A stretch of DNA of 64,000 bases from Schmidtea polychroa (GCA_044892525.1 CM097885.1:236842001-236906000); one strand, 5' to 3'. Shown: positions 37,610-53,418, counted from the stretch's first letter. Numbers and translations: made by a program. Notes: generated from the letters alone by a model not told the origin.

Positions 37610-38424
37610 TCTAGAGAGGATTCATGAAATAACCATTTCTTATGATTTCTTATAGACCCCTATGCAAAATGTCTCTCAAGGTTCTACTTAAAAAATTAAT
37701 GTTTGTTGGTGTTTGAGGGCTGCGGATATGAATATTAAGAACATGAACAAAGTATTTCGATAAAAATATTATTTATATTAATTATAAATAAATAAATTTA
37801 TAAATTATTATAAACCAATCAAAAAATCGAATTAAAATTCCTAATTAATGAGTGATTGAGATTTAATACAATATTCACAACAAGTACACTTTAATCAAGG
37901 ATGCATTGATGAGGGGTCCCTACGTGATCGGGTAACTTTAGAATCCATATTGACGTCACTGACGTTCAGATATTTCTTTCAATAACAATTTACTAATAAA
38001 TATTTTTATATTAATAAAATATTTTTTTAATCATTAAATGGCAATTTTTTACTAAAAATATAAGTAAAATATTTCGATGTGTAAATGTATAGATAGACCA
38101 ATACCTTGATTGGGGTTACGGAAATAATTTAGTCTTTGAAATAATTTGGTTCAGATTAATCATGCTTTTCAAGGCTAAATTATTCTGCCCCCTCGACTTG
38201 CGTAGTTAATTGGTATCAGAGAAACACGACATAGAATGAAATAATTTTTCCTATATTTTTGTATAAGTTTTTTACTAATTGGTACCAGAGTACAATATTT
38301 TTACAATAAGATAACTTCTTAGTTTGATTATTTCTTTAGATTGATATGAAGTAGAAAATTTAGCAAACTCCCTTATTTGATCAGCATCTCTTAAAAATTG
38401 TCCTTACTGTAGTAGGATCTAAAC

Positions 38425-39290
38425 CAACGGTTCTCAAAGCAGGGGACCGCGGAAAACGAACGCATATTTATTTTCATTATATAACTGACTGAACTCTGTC
38501 GTTAACCCCTCTATACCAAGATTTGACCACTCTCTCTGTCTCCATTGGTATTCAGTTTGCCTTGTCACGAAAAATTGATAGGTTTCAAAATGAAGCTTGA
38601 ACTACAGATTGTAAGATCAGAGAATAAGAGTTTTGCCTCATTTCCACAGTTGAACATATTTATTGATGGAAATGAGGTTGAAGTTGATGGCGATATCCAT
38701 GAGGTGATGGAACAGCATGTATTCGTTCCTAGCAAAGAAATGTCTTACTATTTTCCTGACTTACGAGAATTTTACACACAGTCGTTTTATCAGTAACCCA
38801 TTTCCCATAAGTGATCTATCTTCGGAGGACAATTTAATTCAGGAAAGGTTTATTGATTTGATAAATGATGGGAGTGCAAAACATGTTTTCTGTGAAACAT
38901 TTTGTAGTGATTTTTAGATTGAAATGGTACAATCTTATCCTTATGTTGCAAAGATGACTCTAAGTGTCCTGACTTTATTCACAACCATCTATGAGTATGA
39001 GCCGGCATTTTCTACACTACTTACTATCAAGAAAAAATCTCGAAATAAATTGTACGCAACAAATGACATAGGAGTTGCACTGGGCAAAACAAAGCCAAAA
39101 TAGGAGAACTAGTTTAGGCAAAGCACATCCATTCATCCCATTAAATTTGTTATTTGAATTTAACAATTACATAACATATATTTTCTGAATACATAATTGT
39201 TTGTAAAAAAATGTTTTACTCACTACACTTTTCTTTTTTATTAAAGGGTCGCGCGAGCTATAGAAAAATATTTAAAGGGACCCCCACGCA
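38425..39290 (+). mobile_element. hAT Charlie/Buster-type relic with C-terminal transposase fragments
   Basis: 5' end CAACGGTTCTCAAA. Fragments FKMKL..FPQL..YYFP, ISNPF and LFTTIYEYEPAFSTLLTIKKKSRNKL. Confidence 0.75.
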
Positions 39291-39609
39291 GGGAATTTTA
39301 AAAGATTTTTTCCAATATCAAAAGCATTTCCGCCAGATTTAAAACTTCTAATTTTAGTTCTAACTTAATTTGCTCCGGCTTTTGACTCATTTTAAATTCT
39401 TGTGTACAAACTACAAACTAAACTTACTTAAACTAAATTTCCAGCGATAACTTTTAAAACTAACAAATATTGAGAAGAAATAATTTAATAACGTTATTCG
39501 TATCAAAATTCAAATTGTGGATTTTCTCTTTCCTTTTATTATTAAAACAAATTTTGTTTCTAATTCATTACAATACACTTTTCCTCCAGATGTGTCACAT
39601 CAATAGAAC

Positions 39610-40240
39610 TTATTGGCAAATCTCTTTAGCGAAATCCCAGTTTAAGCCGCGATAAATTAACCGTCGTTTTCCTTGGTATGCTTCAATTCTGGATGAGTTG
39701 TGATTTAATTCTATCATCTTGTAAGGTCCATGATATCTTAGCGACAAAGATGAATTTTGCACTGAACGCTCCCAAACCACTTCACAATTTGAAAAATCCA
39801 TAGAAATATTCGATTTTTTAGTCGTGGTAGTCGAGTGAAATGTATTTGTGTCTCGGGTTCAGAGATTAAATCTTGAAAGATTTAACTCATCTGAAGTTGG
39901 AGGTTCTGGTATTGTTGAGGATTTGCCAAATAACATTTGAGCTAGAGAAGCTTTGATTTTGTCGGAATAAATGTTTCTCCATTCCACTAGTACTAGAGGC
40001 AGCGCTCTCGCCCATTCATACTTGTTTGTCAATTTCCTTAGCGAGTTCTTCAAAATGTTTCAATACCTTTTGATTAATATAGTCATTTGAGGATGACAGA
40101 CTGTAGTTCAAAGTCGTTTAAAACCATATGACTTTGAAAGATTCTCGGCCATATTGGATTCGAATTGGATATCTTGAACCGTGACGACATGTACTGGCAC
40201 ACCATATCTCGCAATCCAAATAATAACAAATTTTTTTACC
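39610..40240 (-). pseudogene. Ty3/Gypsy integrase relic
   Basis: WIARYGVP..V.QDIQFES, TT..HPQ, W..ALPLVL..R, ASLAQMLFG and RYHGPY (GPY/F), with stops and frameshifts. Confidence 0.8.
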
Positions 40241-41251
40241 TCAATATTAGCTTCACTTTGTATGTATGTTTGAATGTTTATATGAGCCACACAAGTCTTG
40301 CGACGGCAAATTAACCCACTTCTCGTGATCGGATCAAGATGAAATTTTGCAGATAGATTTGTCGTCGAGAAAAATACATTCTTTCAAAATTTCAGATCGA
40401 TGAAAGGTACTATTTTATTTTATTTTTTGAAAATTTTCAATTTTAATTATATTTTCAAAATTTCTATCAAAATATTAATAAAATTTTCCTTTCAAAGTAA
40501 TTTCTTAACTAGATGATTTTGCCCCATATTAAATATTTCATAGCATTGAGCAGGCATATTAAAATTTTAATTTTGAGAGTGTAAGAATGAGATATAGAGA
40601 GTTTTAAAAACTATGTTTTTACGGTTAGTTTTTATTTATATACTAATTATTTTTGATATTAAAAATAACAAATTACATCTAATCCTAAATTGGGTAATTT
40701 TAAAATACCGTGAAACCTCTATTTGTAAGCTTAATTCGTTCCTATAAATGTGGAGTAGTTCACAGTCTGTCATTGCTGTTATTAGTAATACGTTAGCAAG
40801 GAATACATATTACATAAATTAAGCTTAGCAATATGTTTTTTATTCATATGTTGAGTCAGGTTTTCTTTAATTTGCCCGTATTTCGAAAGGCTTGTAAGTC
40901 TACGTCTTGCTGTAGTATGTTTAGCTAGAATGTTTTAATTTCAATTTCTTTCTTTTGATTAAAACACAGATTACCATTTTGAATAATTATTTTTATTATT
41001 TGAAATCCTCATTGGTTATTTAAGGTTATATTTTGGTTATTTTTTGTTCTTAACAGATTTTTGATTTCAAAAATTGGATCTATAATTTTTCATCTGGCAT
41101 AACAATGGCTCCAAGGACAGAAACATCGTCTTTAACATCAATTCATAAAGTAAACAATATCCCATACATTTGTTAAATATTTTATTCTTCATCAATGTAA
41201 TTTTGTCTTCCAACTTTATTGTGTTTTATTATGTTTTAACAAAACTGATTA

Positions 41252-41410
<159 letters not shown>

Positions 41411-42408
41411 TTATCATGTGCTAAATAAACTGATTGGGCTATTGAAAAAGAAAAGGTGCCCATGCTTTTCTTGCTGGAAAAAATACCTATTCCAACTGAA
41501 AAGTGTTTATTGAGTTTATCGCGTAACAAAATGATAAATTTCTGCAATTTACTTTATAGTTCAGGAAATATATATAAAATATTTTTCTAGTTCATTTAAA
41601 CAAAATAAATCTGTAATTTATATTCGCCAATTTGATAATTGTTATTATATTAATTTCCTTTATATTAATTTCATTTTAGATTATCAGTCAATATTTTCTA
41701 CTAAAAATCAATATTTGCACCATCAATCAATATTCTAATTATTAATCAATATTTGTTCTAAAATTAATATTGATCGATAATCTAAGAGGTGTGTAAAATA
41801 AAGGAAATTGATAAAAACAAATCAATGGTAAAAAAGATAAAAGATTTTCCTGATTACGTTTTATTCTGAAATCCCAGTATAAAATTGAAAGAACTGGGTT
41901 GAATTTCTATAAAAGAAAAGAATGAATGAACAATATTAAAATAGCAGTCATATAATACAAATCAGTTGGTGAAATTTATTAATAATGAAAAATATTGTCC
42001 GAGGTAATAATTGAAAAGTACACTTTTACTAATTCGCTGTCCATAAGTAATGAATAAAAAATTGTCAGTCGTTTTTTATTTTTCAATTATTTTTTTTTTG
42101 AATAGAATGAGTCACTTAGACTAGTTGGGAAAATGAAAATATTGCCCAGAGTAAAACACACCGAGTTGGTGTTGAATAATAGACATAATTTTCCGTAGAC
42201 CTAATTTTGATGGCGATGATTCATTATTTTTCCCTACCACTTGCAATTTTCAATAGGACATTCATTTCTCTCCCACGTACACAACTGTCCTCTGTGTTGA
42301 TGATATTTACAGGATGGGAACTGGAGATTTCGTGTTAAGTACATTATATAGAATGAAAACCAAAAAAAAAGAAATTTATAAATACTGAAATTTCGAAGGC
42401 ACTAGTCA

Positions 42409-43116
42409 TTAATTTTGAGTTTGCTGAACACAGTCCGAATGAAATACACTAATGTCATCAACCAGTCCACTGTCGATGCTTAACTTTCCGGTATGATCTT
42501 TGGAAATGGAACCATGCATTCTGCAATGGCCAGAATGTTGAGAACGGGTCATTAAATCTAAATCCGCTAATTCATTTCCGTATCTTTGAATGATTTCAAA
42601 ATCGTTAGTTCTTAATGAATAGAGTTTGCTATACTGTGATAAATACGGACTTTTTGGATAAAGATTTTCGAATTTTTCATTATTTTTTGAGTCGGATGAG
42701 GTCAATCTACATTCGGCATTCATGACTGCCATGCAGGAAATTGGCCGTTTTCTTAGTTCTCCGCCAACTGCAGCCATTCTGGGTTTGTTTTTAGTCGAAA
42801 TGATTTCTGAAATATCAATCAGTAGTACTGGTGACCATGTCAATGTTTATTACCTTTATTATGATTAATTGTTTTAATTTGACTATTGTGAACATTTTCA
42901 TTATTTTCATACCTGTGACCGAAATTAGAATATTCCGGCAATGCTGAAGCGTAGAAAGAATGGCTCATTAAAGCGCTATTTGGTGTCAGTGACATATCAA
43001 TTTCGGCCAAAGTCACATAGTCCTCATCATCGAAACTATTCATAAAAGTTGAAATTATTTCGGTATAATTTATAATATTAGGTTGTCTAAAAGTAATGAA
43101 ATATTGGGGGGTTCCC
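42409..43116 (-). other. Putative large exon of a host gene (one frame break at about 42845)
   Basis: Acceptor tttaacag at about 43117 opens a frame into ORF 42840-43043, which abuts ORF 42409-42843. No recognisable domain. Confidence 0.35.
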
Positions 43117-46100
43117 TGTTAAAATACTCATAGATTTGATGGTGTTAAGTTAGGACCTGGGTCGTCCAAGTATCATAAACCTTTTTTTTTTCCTATCCAC
43201 ATTTTTATTCTTTTATTTAATGTTCCATTCTCAGTATATTTCAACAACAAATACATCACCATTAGTTGATACACATTTTACCATATGAAGTTGTCACATT
43301 TTAATTGACAGAGAATAGGAAAAGGTTGACATTGAATCTATTAAAAACCCCATTGAAAAAATATTATACTCCAATTTTTATAATATTATTAGACCTATTT
43401 TGAGACCTAAAGCTTTTGAGACGGTCAATTAAAATTCTTAGGGAAACATCCAATTTTTAATCAAAGGACAAACAAAAAAATTGCTTGAAAAAGCTGAATA
43501 ATAATCGGGTTTTATAAAAATGTTAGAAATGAAAAATAAAAATATTTAAATAAAAATGATTCAAAAAGGAATCGCAAGCGAAGGATTTGTTATGGAACAT
43601 GAAGAGCTAAATGTCATGATTTGCGTTTTGTGGAATTGTAAGGACTTTGTTCTTTTTTAACTAGTTTCTGAAGAACTATTTATGAATTTCAAGCTCATTT
43701 TTAAAGAATTGAAAAGAGTTTAAAACGTTAAAAAAATGGTTATACAGAATTATTATTGAAACTATACTACCAATCATTAAGAGCCCAAACATTTAGTGCA
43801 GTAGTTGCAAGATTGATTTAAGTACATTTAAAAAATCCTTTCAAAACCTATACCAATGACGGCGGATAAATTCGATATTAGTAAAATAATAAATAAAAAA
43901 AACTTTATAAACTATATTTCTATAAAAAATAACCATCGCTAAGGAGATAGAAGGTCCTCGTTGATTTTTCTGTAGGATTCTGGAATAGGACAGAACCTTT
44001 CTAAGAGGCGTATTAATACAAATAAAATGCAGTCAATAAAAACTGTTCTTGGTTCAGGGAACAAAAAAAGTGAGGATTTTTGGAATTTTAAAATTTAGAT
44101 AAAATTATGTAAAACTTGAAATCTGTATATTTTAGTAGATATAAACAAAGAATCTATAAATACAATTAAGAAAGGGAATCAAATTGCTTCTATTTATGAA
44201 ATTGAGATTACTTAAAAACAATTTTTACACAGCTGTATTTGGCTTCCTCTCAATTTCCAGGAATTTATTTACTTCTGATGCTATTTAAAGAAATTCAATC
44301 CAATCTCAAAAGTAAAATTAATTTATAAATTATATATTTACATTTATAGTACTTTTGAACTAAAGGCAAATTATTTTAACCCGGAAACATCTGGGATGCA
44401 TTTAGGATTTTATTAAAGGAGGAAAAATATTTTTTGTTTCAACTTAATTTTTTGAAATTTTTTCACGAATTTTTTACTAAAATTATTTAAATAATAATTT
44501 TTCATACAATAATACAAAATAAACAATTTACATTTACTGGTAGATTGCAAAGAATAATATTAAGTTTGTCAATGCAATATTTATTTAAATCCAATATCCA
44601 ACGCTGTCTTGATTAATAAAACAACACGGCGAATTTCTCAATAATAATAATTGTATCATCAATAATTAATTTCGTACAGATTTTTAATTTAATTTAATAT
44701 ATTATTTAATTACTAGTATAAACATGACGGGAAAAGTTAAAATGATAATAAAAATAAAATTAATTTATTGAATTATTTTATTTTTAAAATTTTTCAAGTA
44801 ACTTAAAGTTAAATTTTGTTTGCATGGATTTTTTTGCTATAATCACCAGTATTTAATTTGTTTGTTAAATTTAATATAATTCGGTCTACTTTAATGAATT
44901 CTGAATAATTTACATGCATATCCACCTGACAAACGTACAAACAAACAAACAAACGAATTAATGACGGCTATTATATTATTAATTTTTTGTCATTCTTACA
45001 CAGATGAATACAAGTTACAAAACTTTAGCTATGATGTTCAAATATTTATTTTATCAAAAAGAATTTTCACTAACTATATGTCGAATTAGTTAACCGTAAA
45101 TGAAAAGGCTATTAGTCTACTTCAAATAAGTTCAGTGAGGAATATTCGATCAGGAATTCCTGTTTATTGAGTCAGAGCATATATACAATTGAAATAAAAT
45201 ATATGTATAAACGTTTTATATTATAAGAACTTCTTTCGATTTTTACCTCTGATTTCTTTTCAATTGGCATTGTATTTATAACAAAAATGTTTAAACTTAT
45301 ATGTTTTAAAATTGTAACTTCTACAACTCTAAGGAAATTTTTGTCGGACTAAGTAGGGAATATTTACACTTTAGAGAAACAAGGATTAGTTAGTTGATAT
45401 AAAATTGTCATGATAATTCGAACTCGTTGACCAAACATCCCTGATACATTTGGTAAGGTAGTTATTTAAGGCATTACCTTAACAGTTATGACTAAAACAA
45501 CAGAAAATGAGAAATGTTATTTAGAAATTCTTAGAAAAAAATCACTTTCATTTATTTATTTGTAAAAAATTTTTAAAATTTTCATGCACTAGCAAAGATA
45601 TATTTTTCATTATTAGTAACAATTTTAATTTATTCTTTATTGTTATTGAAAAGAAAATGTTTGTGGAGCAGCTTTTATCAAATGCGGAAGTAAAAATAAT
45701 AAAAAATTGCAAGCCCATCTTGCAAATTTTGCAATTCAATTTTGTGAAAATATGAGATCGTTTTATGCACTTTTTGTAAAAATGTAGAAATTGCTAGAAA
45801 AATTTCTATTTCTAATTACTATGATTTAAGTAACAGAAATAGTCGTATATTTTCGACATTTTACAATTACACGAATTCAAGACCCTTTAAATATTCCAGA
45901 ATTCGAAAAATGTCTCCTCATCTCGATGAACCGTTTTGTGTAATAATATAAATAATTTGAAAAATACAAATAATTATTAAATATAATAATAATTACTTAT
46001 TAAAGGATTTGCGATTCTCATTGGTTGAAATTCGATTTTCCGAATTATTAGAAACTGGCGGTACGATTCGATCTAGAGATAAATAATAAAATATTTTATT

Positions 46101-46179
46101 AAAACTATTTTCAGAAAAATTATATTGGAAAATATTATTGTCGTTATTAATTTAATTGAAGTTGACACAAAGAATGTAC

Positions 46180-46405
46180 GAATGAACAGTTTTTCCCGTT
46201 TCCATTCTGCATCCGACTGGTTAATAAAACTGAGCCATTGAACGGTTGCCATTCAGTTACCGATAGTTTACAATCGAAGAAAACGGGAAAATGAATGCCA
46301 TTATAAAATTGTAGAACTGACACATTCCCAGCTGATGTATTCCGATTAAACAAATGTGTTTTGCATATGTTGAAGGCTACTATATGATCCCACACATGAA
46401 GTAAT
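46180..46405 (-). other. Putative internal host exon
   Basis: Open frame bounded by ttttgtgtag and gtacat, with higher GC than the flanks. Confidence 0.35.
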
Positions 46406-48319
46406 CTACACAAAAAATCAACAGATCATGTCTGACTTTTATTTAGGTGCACAAATCCTGGTGTAGAAATCGATACAATATTTTTGATACACACTATGAA
46501 TCAGTGAACCCAACTGATATGTGTGATCTGATCTGATCTGATCTAGTTTAGATTTGGATTTTTTTTTCATCAACACGAACAATGACAATATTATTACTGA
46601 AATTGTATACATTTATGTTTCACAAATGAAATTATCAAAATTAATTTTTGTGTAAAATAATATTGCATTTTCAATTCTCCTCACTTAGGGCAATTTGTTT
46701 CTTCAAATTTTTATTTATCAGTAGATCAAATATTTGTTAGTGTCAGCTTTTTGTGGTTATCCTTAATAATTTATTGATTTATTGTTATCTAACAACAAAA
46801 CTGCATTATCGATAAATGATAAAAATAAAAAATTACAACTAAATTAGTTGGTAATTTAAATAGTGAATATTTGTAAAATGTGTTGCAAATTTTGTTAAAT
46901 GAAAATTTTCAGTGTTAAAAATAATCTTGATCATTCAATATGTTTTCAATAAATAATGAAATAAACCTGGCAATGATTTAATTATTAGAGAGCGCAATGA
47001 ACCGGCATGTTTGGAATGTTTTTGGATGTTATTGTTGCTGTTTTCAAAAGTATTGAATGATTAAATTAATATGTTAAATAATTTATTTATATTAAAATTA
47101 TTTTAGATGTGAATTAAATATTATTTAAAAGATTTTTTAAATATAATGTTTAATTTAAAAATAAAAAATTATTTAAGTTTGAATAAAATTTTTAAATAAT
47201 AATAATTTTATATATGTTTGATTAAATTATTACATGTATAATTTATTTCCAGCGATGTTTTGGCACATTTGAAACTACCGGTTCAGAACCAGTGGTTCAC
47301 ATAGACCGATGTCGTATTTATCATGACGCATGGCCAGCCGCCAACCTAAAAAACCGGTGACTGGTCTAACGACTGCTAAACTGCCTTAAATGTGAAGTAA
47401 TATTTATGTATAATATATTTTAGTAAAAGATTTGACTAGCTAGTTTTTGAATTTTTTAAATAAACTGAACCGAACCGACTCCAATACACCAGTTTTTTTC
47501 TATCCTATCTAATGATGACACAGGCTGTTGAAATATATCGTAAAATGGATGTTTAAGAGATTTTTTAAAAAAAATTTTAATAATATTTTTAATAGTCAGT
47601 AGTTTTATAAAAATTCTTAAAATTCTAAGAAAAGCATTTTTGTCTTAAAAATACCTTCAATAAAAATTTAAAAGACATCAATTATGTCAGTAGCTAAAGA
47701 GGAAGACCTCAAAAATTTAAAAATAAAAAAGACAATCATCTTAGCTCGAGTGCACTCCACACTTCTGACCATTTCAAGAATATTTCGTAGAATTGCGAAA
47801 ACGGTTAAGTTAGACTAAGTTAAGATAGTTGAGTCAGAGAAACTTCTTCGGGTGATTTTTCGACTGACACGAAGAGATTGGAATTTCCATGGTGAAAAAG
47901 AGAGTAGCGATTTCAGACTTGAATGATGAAAATTAGATGGCAGTAGAATTAACCAACAAAAATATTTTCCTAAACAAGCAATTGAAATATAAAGATTTTG
48001 CTCACTGTTCCATGTGAATGTCGATTCTTTTCCAAAATGAATATAAATTGAGAAAAATATAGACCCTGCCTTAAGCACATTTACCAATTCCAGTGTTTAT
48101 TCATAGGGTTTCCCAAGCTATGTTCCAATGAAACTAAATAAGTATTCCTTGAAAATCTTGAATGGCCAACTATCATTAGTCTGTCGACAGTTGCTAATAA
48201 ATATTATTCATAAATCTGTATAAAAGATCAAACAAAACAACTTGGAAATAAGTGTTAAGTATTCAACATATAACCTATTTCATAAGTAAGTCTGAGCTGT
48301 TTTGACGAAATCTTAGAAA

Positions 48320-49980
48320 ACCAAACTAAAAGAGGGATTAATTCAGCCACAAAGGATGCCATCAAAAAGCTGTTACAACTCGGAGTCAAGAAGCCAAAGC
48401 TCATCAGCCAGAATTTGTTTAAAGAGAAGCTATTTCATGTTGAAACTGAAGTTCAAAATGAAAGACAACTTTTCAACTTTCTTCAAACTTTAAAAGGGTC
48501 AAATTCAAAATCACTAACTTTTGGTGAGTTAGTCACTATTCTCGAGAAAAATGCAACCATTCCAGAAGACTTAGATTCTCCATTCATTCTTTATCAACTA
48601 ACATTAGATATGATGATGAACAACAAACATTTCCAGTCAACAATTTCAACATTCAAATAGAGAGAGAGTCATTCCGATTTTTGGTCAAAACTAGGCGCTT
48701 TTTATCAATCTCATCAACAACAAAGTTCATTCATGCAGACAACACTTACAAACTAATTTGGAACAATTTTACTGTCCTTATTTGCGGCACCAGTGACATG
48801 GATAAAGTGTTTCATCCATTTGGAATTTCATTGTATACAAATGAAAGACAAGAAGATTTTCAATTCATGTTTGAAAGCCTGCAAGTAGAACTTGAAGCAA
48901 CTTACCAACCAATTTTACTAAATGATGGATCCGTTGCATTGATTGCTGATGCCATAACAAATGGATTCAATTCAGTTTTTTTCAAGTGGAAATTACTGCA
49001 CACGCCGCATGTACTGGTTTCACACGAAGAAAGCAGTTGAAAATCATTTGTCCATTCTTGGCGACAAAACCCTATAAGATTCCATTCTGAAGGACATTGA
49101 CGTACTTCAACTAGCTATTTCTGAGAAACAGTTCCAATCAGCCACCAATCTTTTTCTTCAGAAGTATTAAAAGAATCTGAATGTGAATATAATGAAATTT
49201 CTCATATATTTCTTCAGTGAATGGCTTGTCCAGCATGTTGGATGGTATCAAGGCTATTTGGAAGAAAGTCCTTCCACAAATAATGGCCTAGAGTCCATTA
49301 ACAACACTAAAAAAGAATCAACTTTTCGGAACAGAATGCAAATGTCAGAATTCTTAAAAACAACACTTGATGTTGCTGAAAACTGGTCACTCAAACAAAA
49401 TCCTACATCAGCAAATCATCCAAAGATTTTTCAAGAAAGTCGACAGTAACCACATCTGCCTTTACTTCTGCTTACAACTGGCTAAAATGGGCAACCATAA
49501 TTAAAAAAGAACTTCCAGGATCTAATCAGTACTTCATAAGCAGAAGAGCAACAACACAGATCACAAAAATACAAATCAAAGAATACTTTTGAGCAATAAA
49601 TTGTTCACCCTTGTCCTTTGATGAGTATCACAGATTTTTTCCTCAATGTGGTGTGCTGAGTTTTGTACTGATGATAGTAAAACAAATTTGAAATAAGCAA
49701 GATATTCCTGTCCATCATGTTATCAAAAAATTACATCTACAAGCATATAATTGGAATTGCAGCTAGACTTAAACTTGTCATAATTCTAAATTTGGCAAAA
49801 ACTTCCGATTGGGAAAAAGCGAAAAAGAGATCAGCCAACATTAGCAAGGAAAGCATTGGCAGTTCAACCAGAACAAATTCAAGAAAACTGTGTCAAAAAT
49901 ACATCTCAGAATAATACTCAACTACCCTCCAAAAAACGTGGTAGGCCTCCAAAGTCAAAGATACAATCAACAGTCAAATA
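48320..49980 (+). pseudogene. Mutator (MULE) transposase relic with SWIM finger and AT-hook
   Basis: IHADNTYKL, GTSDMDKVFHPFG, LIADAITNGF, WFH, PSTNNGLESIN, C.S..KHIIGIA and KKRGRPPK. Many stops and frameshifts. Confidence 0.85.
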
Positions 49981-50897
49981 AGTATTTTTAATAGCCTTCC
50001 TGAAGTCAGCATTTCATTATTTTCATATTCGTATTTGTCTTTTTAAAAAAATTAATAAATGTTTAAATGTTAATATTGTGTTTTTCATTTGTTTATATAC
50101 CTAATATTAATAAGCACCTGTGCTACAATGCTACACAATGTAAATAAAATTATGGCGATAGTCATTATATAGGGTTGATCACACGATATTTTTCTAATAG
50201 GATGTTTAATTGAATGACCCCTCAAAAAAATGGTGACACGTCATATTATATATGGTCATGACTTTAACATCTTCATAGTCTTTGGAAACATTGTCAATGT
50301 CTGAATCGCTTTTTTGTTTGCACTGTAGAAAGAAAATTTGACTTTCGGTGCATAAGTCACAAATTATTTTTTGTCAATTGGAAAAAAATCAACTATAAAA
50401 CATGTTTTTTGAAACTCTATATATTTCACTCTCTTAATTTCAACATATTTTAGATATAATTATGTTATCTCTTTAATCCGAAATTAATGAATAGATAGAA
50501 TTTATATTGAAATAAGGAAATAACACTAGATTTGACAAATAAATATTTTTTGAATTAACCCACATTCCGTAATCAGATCGATCTGAAATTTTGATAACTT
50601 GTTCTCGACAACGAATCTAATTTCCAAATTTCAGCTCAATCCGATCACAGGAAGTAGGGTAATTTGGCCTCACAAAATTTCCGTGGCAATCAAACATACA
50701 TCAGTGAAGTTAATATAGAGAGTAAAAAATGCAACTTATGCTCGTAAAAATACGGTAGGCTTTAACTACGAGGTTAGACCTCACATGCTCGGACATAATT
50801 CTTTTTCTCAAGATTTAATGACAATTAACACGTGTTTAATTTTAGTTTATTTAGTTATTTTTATAGTTAAGAGTTAGGAAAAAGTTAATAAAAATTT

Positions 50898-51399
50898 ACT
50901 TGGTAGTAAATATTCGGTCTTCTGTTTGCATCCTTTTGATTCAAACCACGCTGATCTGGTTACCAGTGAATCTGATTTCGTAAAATTTGTAATTTTTTTA
51001 TCAGGTTTCAATGCGATTACAGCTTGAGGTGGCTTGTGGGGTATTGATGCGTCGAGTTTACCGAAATCCGGAGAGTCATAAACTTTATATGATTTTCTCT
51101 GTGAATTTGATTCTGTATTTTCAATAAATTTATTAGGAGTGTTCCTGTCTGACTGTTTATCTATATTTCTGATATTTTTATGATAGTTTGGATGAATATC
51201 AGAAGTCTTCGGTGATGTTGATTTGCATTTTGCCGCTGAACTTGTAGTGTGAGAAACGACAGAGGATGAAAACTGGCGAATGCAAACTCTTTGAGATGGA
51301 TCTTGATTAATAGGCTGGATTTTTGGTCTTTTTTGGTTATCATTTGAATTAATTATTTTTCTTTCAAATTTTTCTTTTTTCACTGGTTGAAAATATTTC
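50898..51399 (-). other. Putative host exon encoding a low-complexity Ser/Lys/Pro-rich segment
   Basis: Open frame of about 165 codons, preceded by tttag and ending near a gtaaat donor. Confidence 0.4.
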
Positions 51400-51501
51400 T
51401 AAAATTAAACATTTTTTGATATAATTTCCCAAAATTACTTTTTAAACAATTTAAGATATGCAAACAATTTTATAAGTTTATAATAATAAATAATAATAAT
51501 T

Positions 51502-51576
<75 letters not shown>

Positions 51577-51683
51577 GTTATTAAAAAGAGAGCTTGAAGT
51601 AATATATTGATGTTTTTTGATACTCACGAATTTTTAAATTCAATGGAATAAATAATCAATGGTAAAATTGGAAAAAAAGTTCT

Positions 51684-51764
<81 letters not shown>

Positions 51765-53357
51765 TTAGAATAGAGCTTGTTAGCTTTTTTATTCATTTAA
51801 AAAGTATTTGTAATAATTTATAAAAATTGGAAATTTCTTTATCAAAAATACAAATCGTATATTAAAAAAAAATTCCATTGCAACTTTCTCAGTTCTTGAA
51901 TCTTTTACTGTGAAATATTATTTTTCCTAAAAATTTCAAAAAAACGATAAATTATTTACTACAAATCTATTAAGTAAATCATTTCACATTTTCAGACAGA
52001 ATTGGAAAGGACATAAATCATTTATTTTTGTGTGTTTTGCACAATTTCCAGAAAACACTCTTAATTATACACAAACTTTCAATAACCAAATATTTTAGCT
52101 ACTTCATCGTTGGTTCGCTCCTAAGGGGTCTGGAACAGTGTTTCCTAACCTGTGGTTCACACTATCTTTTCAGGTGGTCCCAGACGGCGCTAGCAAGAAT
52201 TTTACAGAGAAAATTAGAAAGTTTTAAATAGAAATTTCTCTTTTTAGTGTTTTTTTGAAATGTGAATAATACCGATACAAATTCTAAAAAAGTATTTTTT
52301 AAATTTTCAAACAGTTTCCTTGTAATAGCAGTAAAAATGAAGCGCTTACAAATCCATTTTGTATGGCCATTCTGATAAACACGAGAAATTTAGAGCGCCT
52401 TAATTGGTTTGAGACGGAGAGAGGGTTAAAATTATATGAATTTTGATTAAAAATGTTTTTAGGTGTTCGTGAAGAAGAAGATTTTGGAGTAATCTTTATG
52501 AGCTAAGACAAACAAAGTAACAGGAAATTGAATATTACTAATTATATCTAAATATGAAGGCCCATTTTTAATAAAAATACTAAAACGCAAAACAAATAAA
52601 ATATATTTCAATAAAAATACCCCCATTATCAGTCTGCTATCATAATCTGTATCAAAAGTTATACACGGAAACAATTATGACGTAATAATTATGATTTATT
52701 GAGTTAATTCAATTATCTCAATAAATTCGTTGCTGATTGAATGTTAATTGCGGGGGATTGAGATTAAATCACCAACGCTGCACATTAAATTCTTTCCCAA
52801 TTATTAATGTTTTAAATACAATTTTAAAATCTATATATCAGTTGTCTCTTTAGACATTTTTCTATGCTCACCAATATTTATCATGCCTTTCAGTCGGCCA
52901 TGTTTGAGATTTGCAATAGTTGGCAAAAGTTGCATTTCTGAAAAAAATATATTCCATTTCATAAATTAACTAAATCTTAATTTTCATGGACAATCAAATT
53001 GAATCGTCCAAACGAAAATTAATTTTTTTGTGAAGAAGATCACGAAAAGATTATATGGATGTGATCGAAAAGCCTTTTGAAGAATATTTTCTAGGTAGTA
53101 CGTATATACTTTTACAACAAGGACAACTTATTGAAGTATCATTTATTATGTATATAAAGGCAACGAATTCTTTACGATCAACAAAAAAGAGTGAAACATT
53201 ATTTCTTCTTAGTGATGTAAAAACAAAACAGAGAAATCCTATGGAAGTTACATTGGCCTTGAGATTAATCTCTAACTTCATATTTCTTATTTCTACATCT
53301 GTTTCGACCAGTCAGAGGGGGATTGCCTCTGACTGGCAGTCATTTGGCTTTTTTCTA

Positions 53358-53418
53358 TCGCGTCTGTGTGCGCGGTCTGGTTAGACCGGTTCTTGTTGGT
53401 GTGCGCACACAGACGCGA
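53358..53418. repeat. TCGCGTCTGTGTGCG inverted repeat, copy 3
   Basis: tcgcgtctgtgtgcgc-N29-gcgcacacagacgcga, 61-bp span. Confidence 0.9.

Noticed and set aside
52134..52200. Isolated transposon-end-like motifs (also 20430-20460, 36250-36340, 48103-48130, 54540-54572)
   Set aside because: These are single hAT- or piggyBac-like ends without a partner TIR or TSD, too little to delimit elements.
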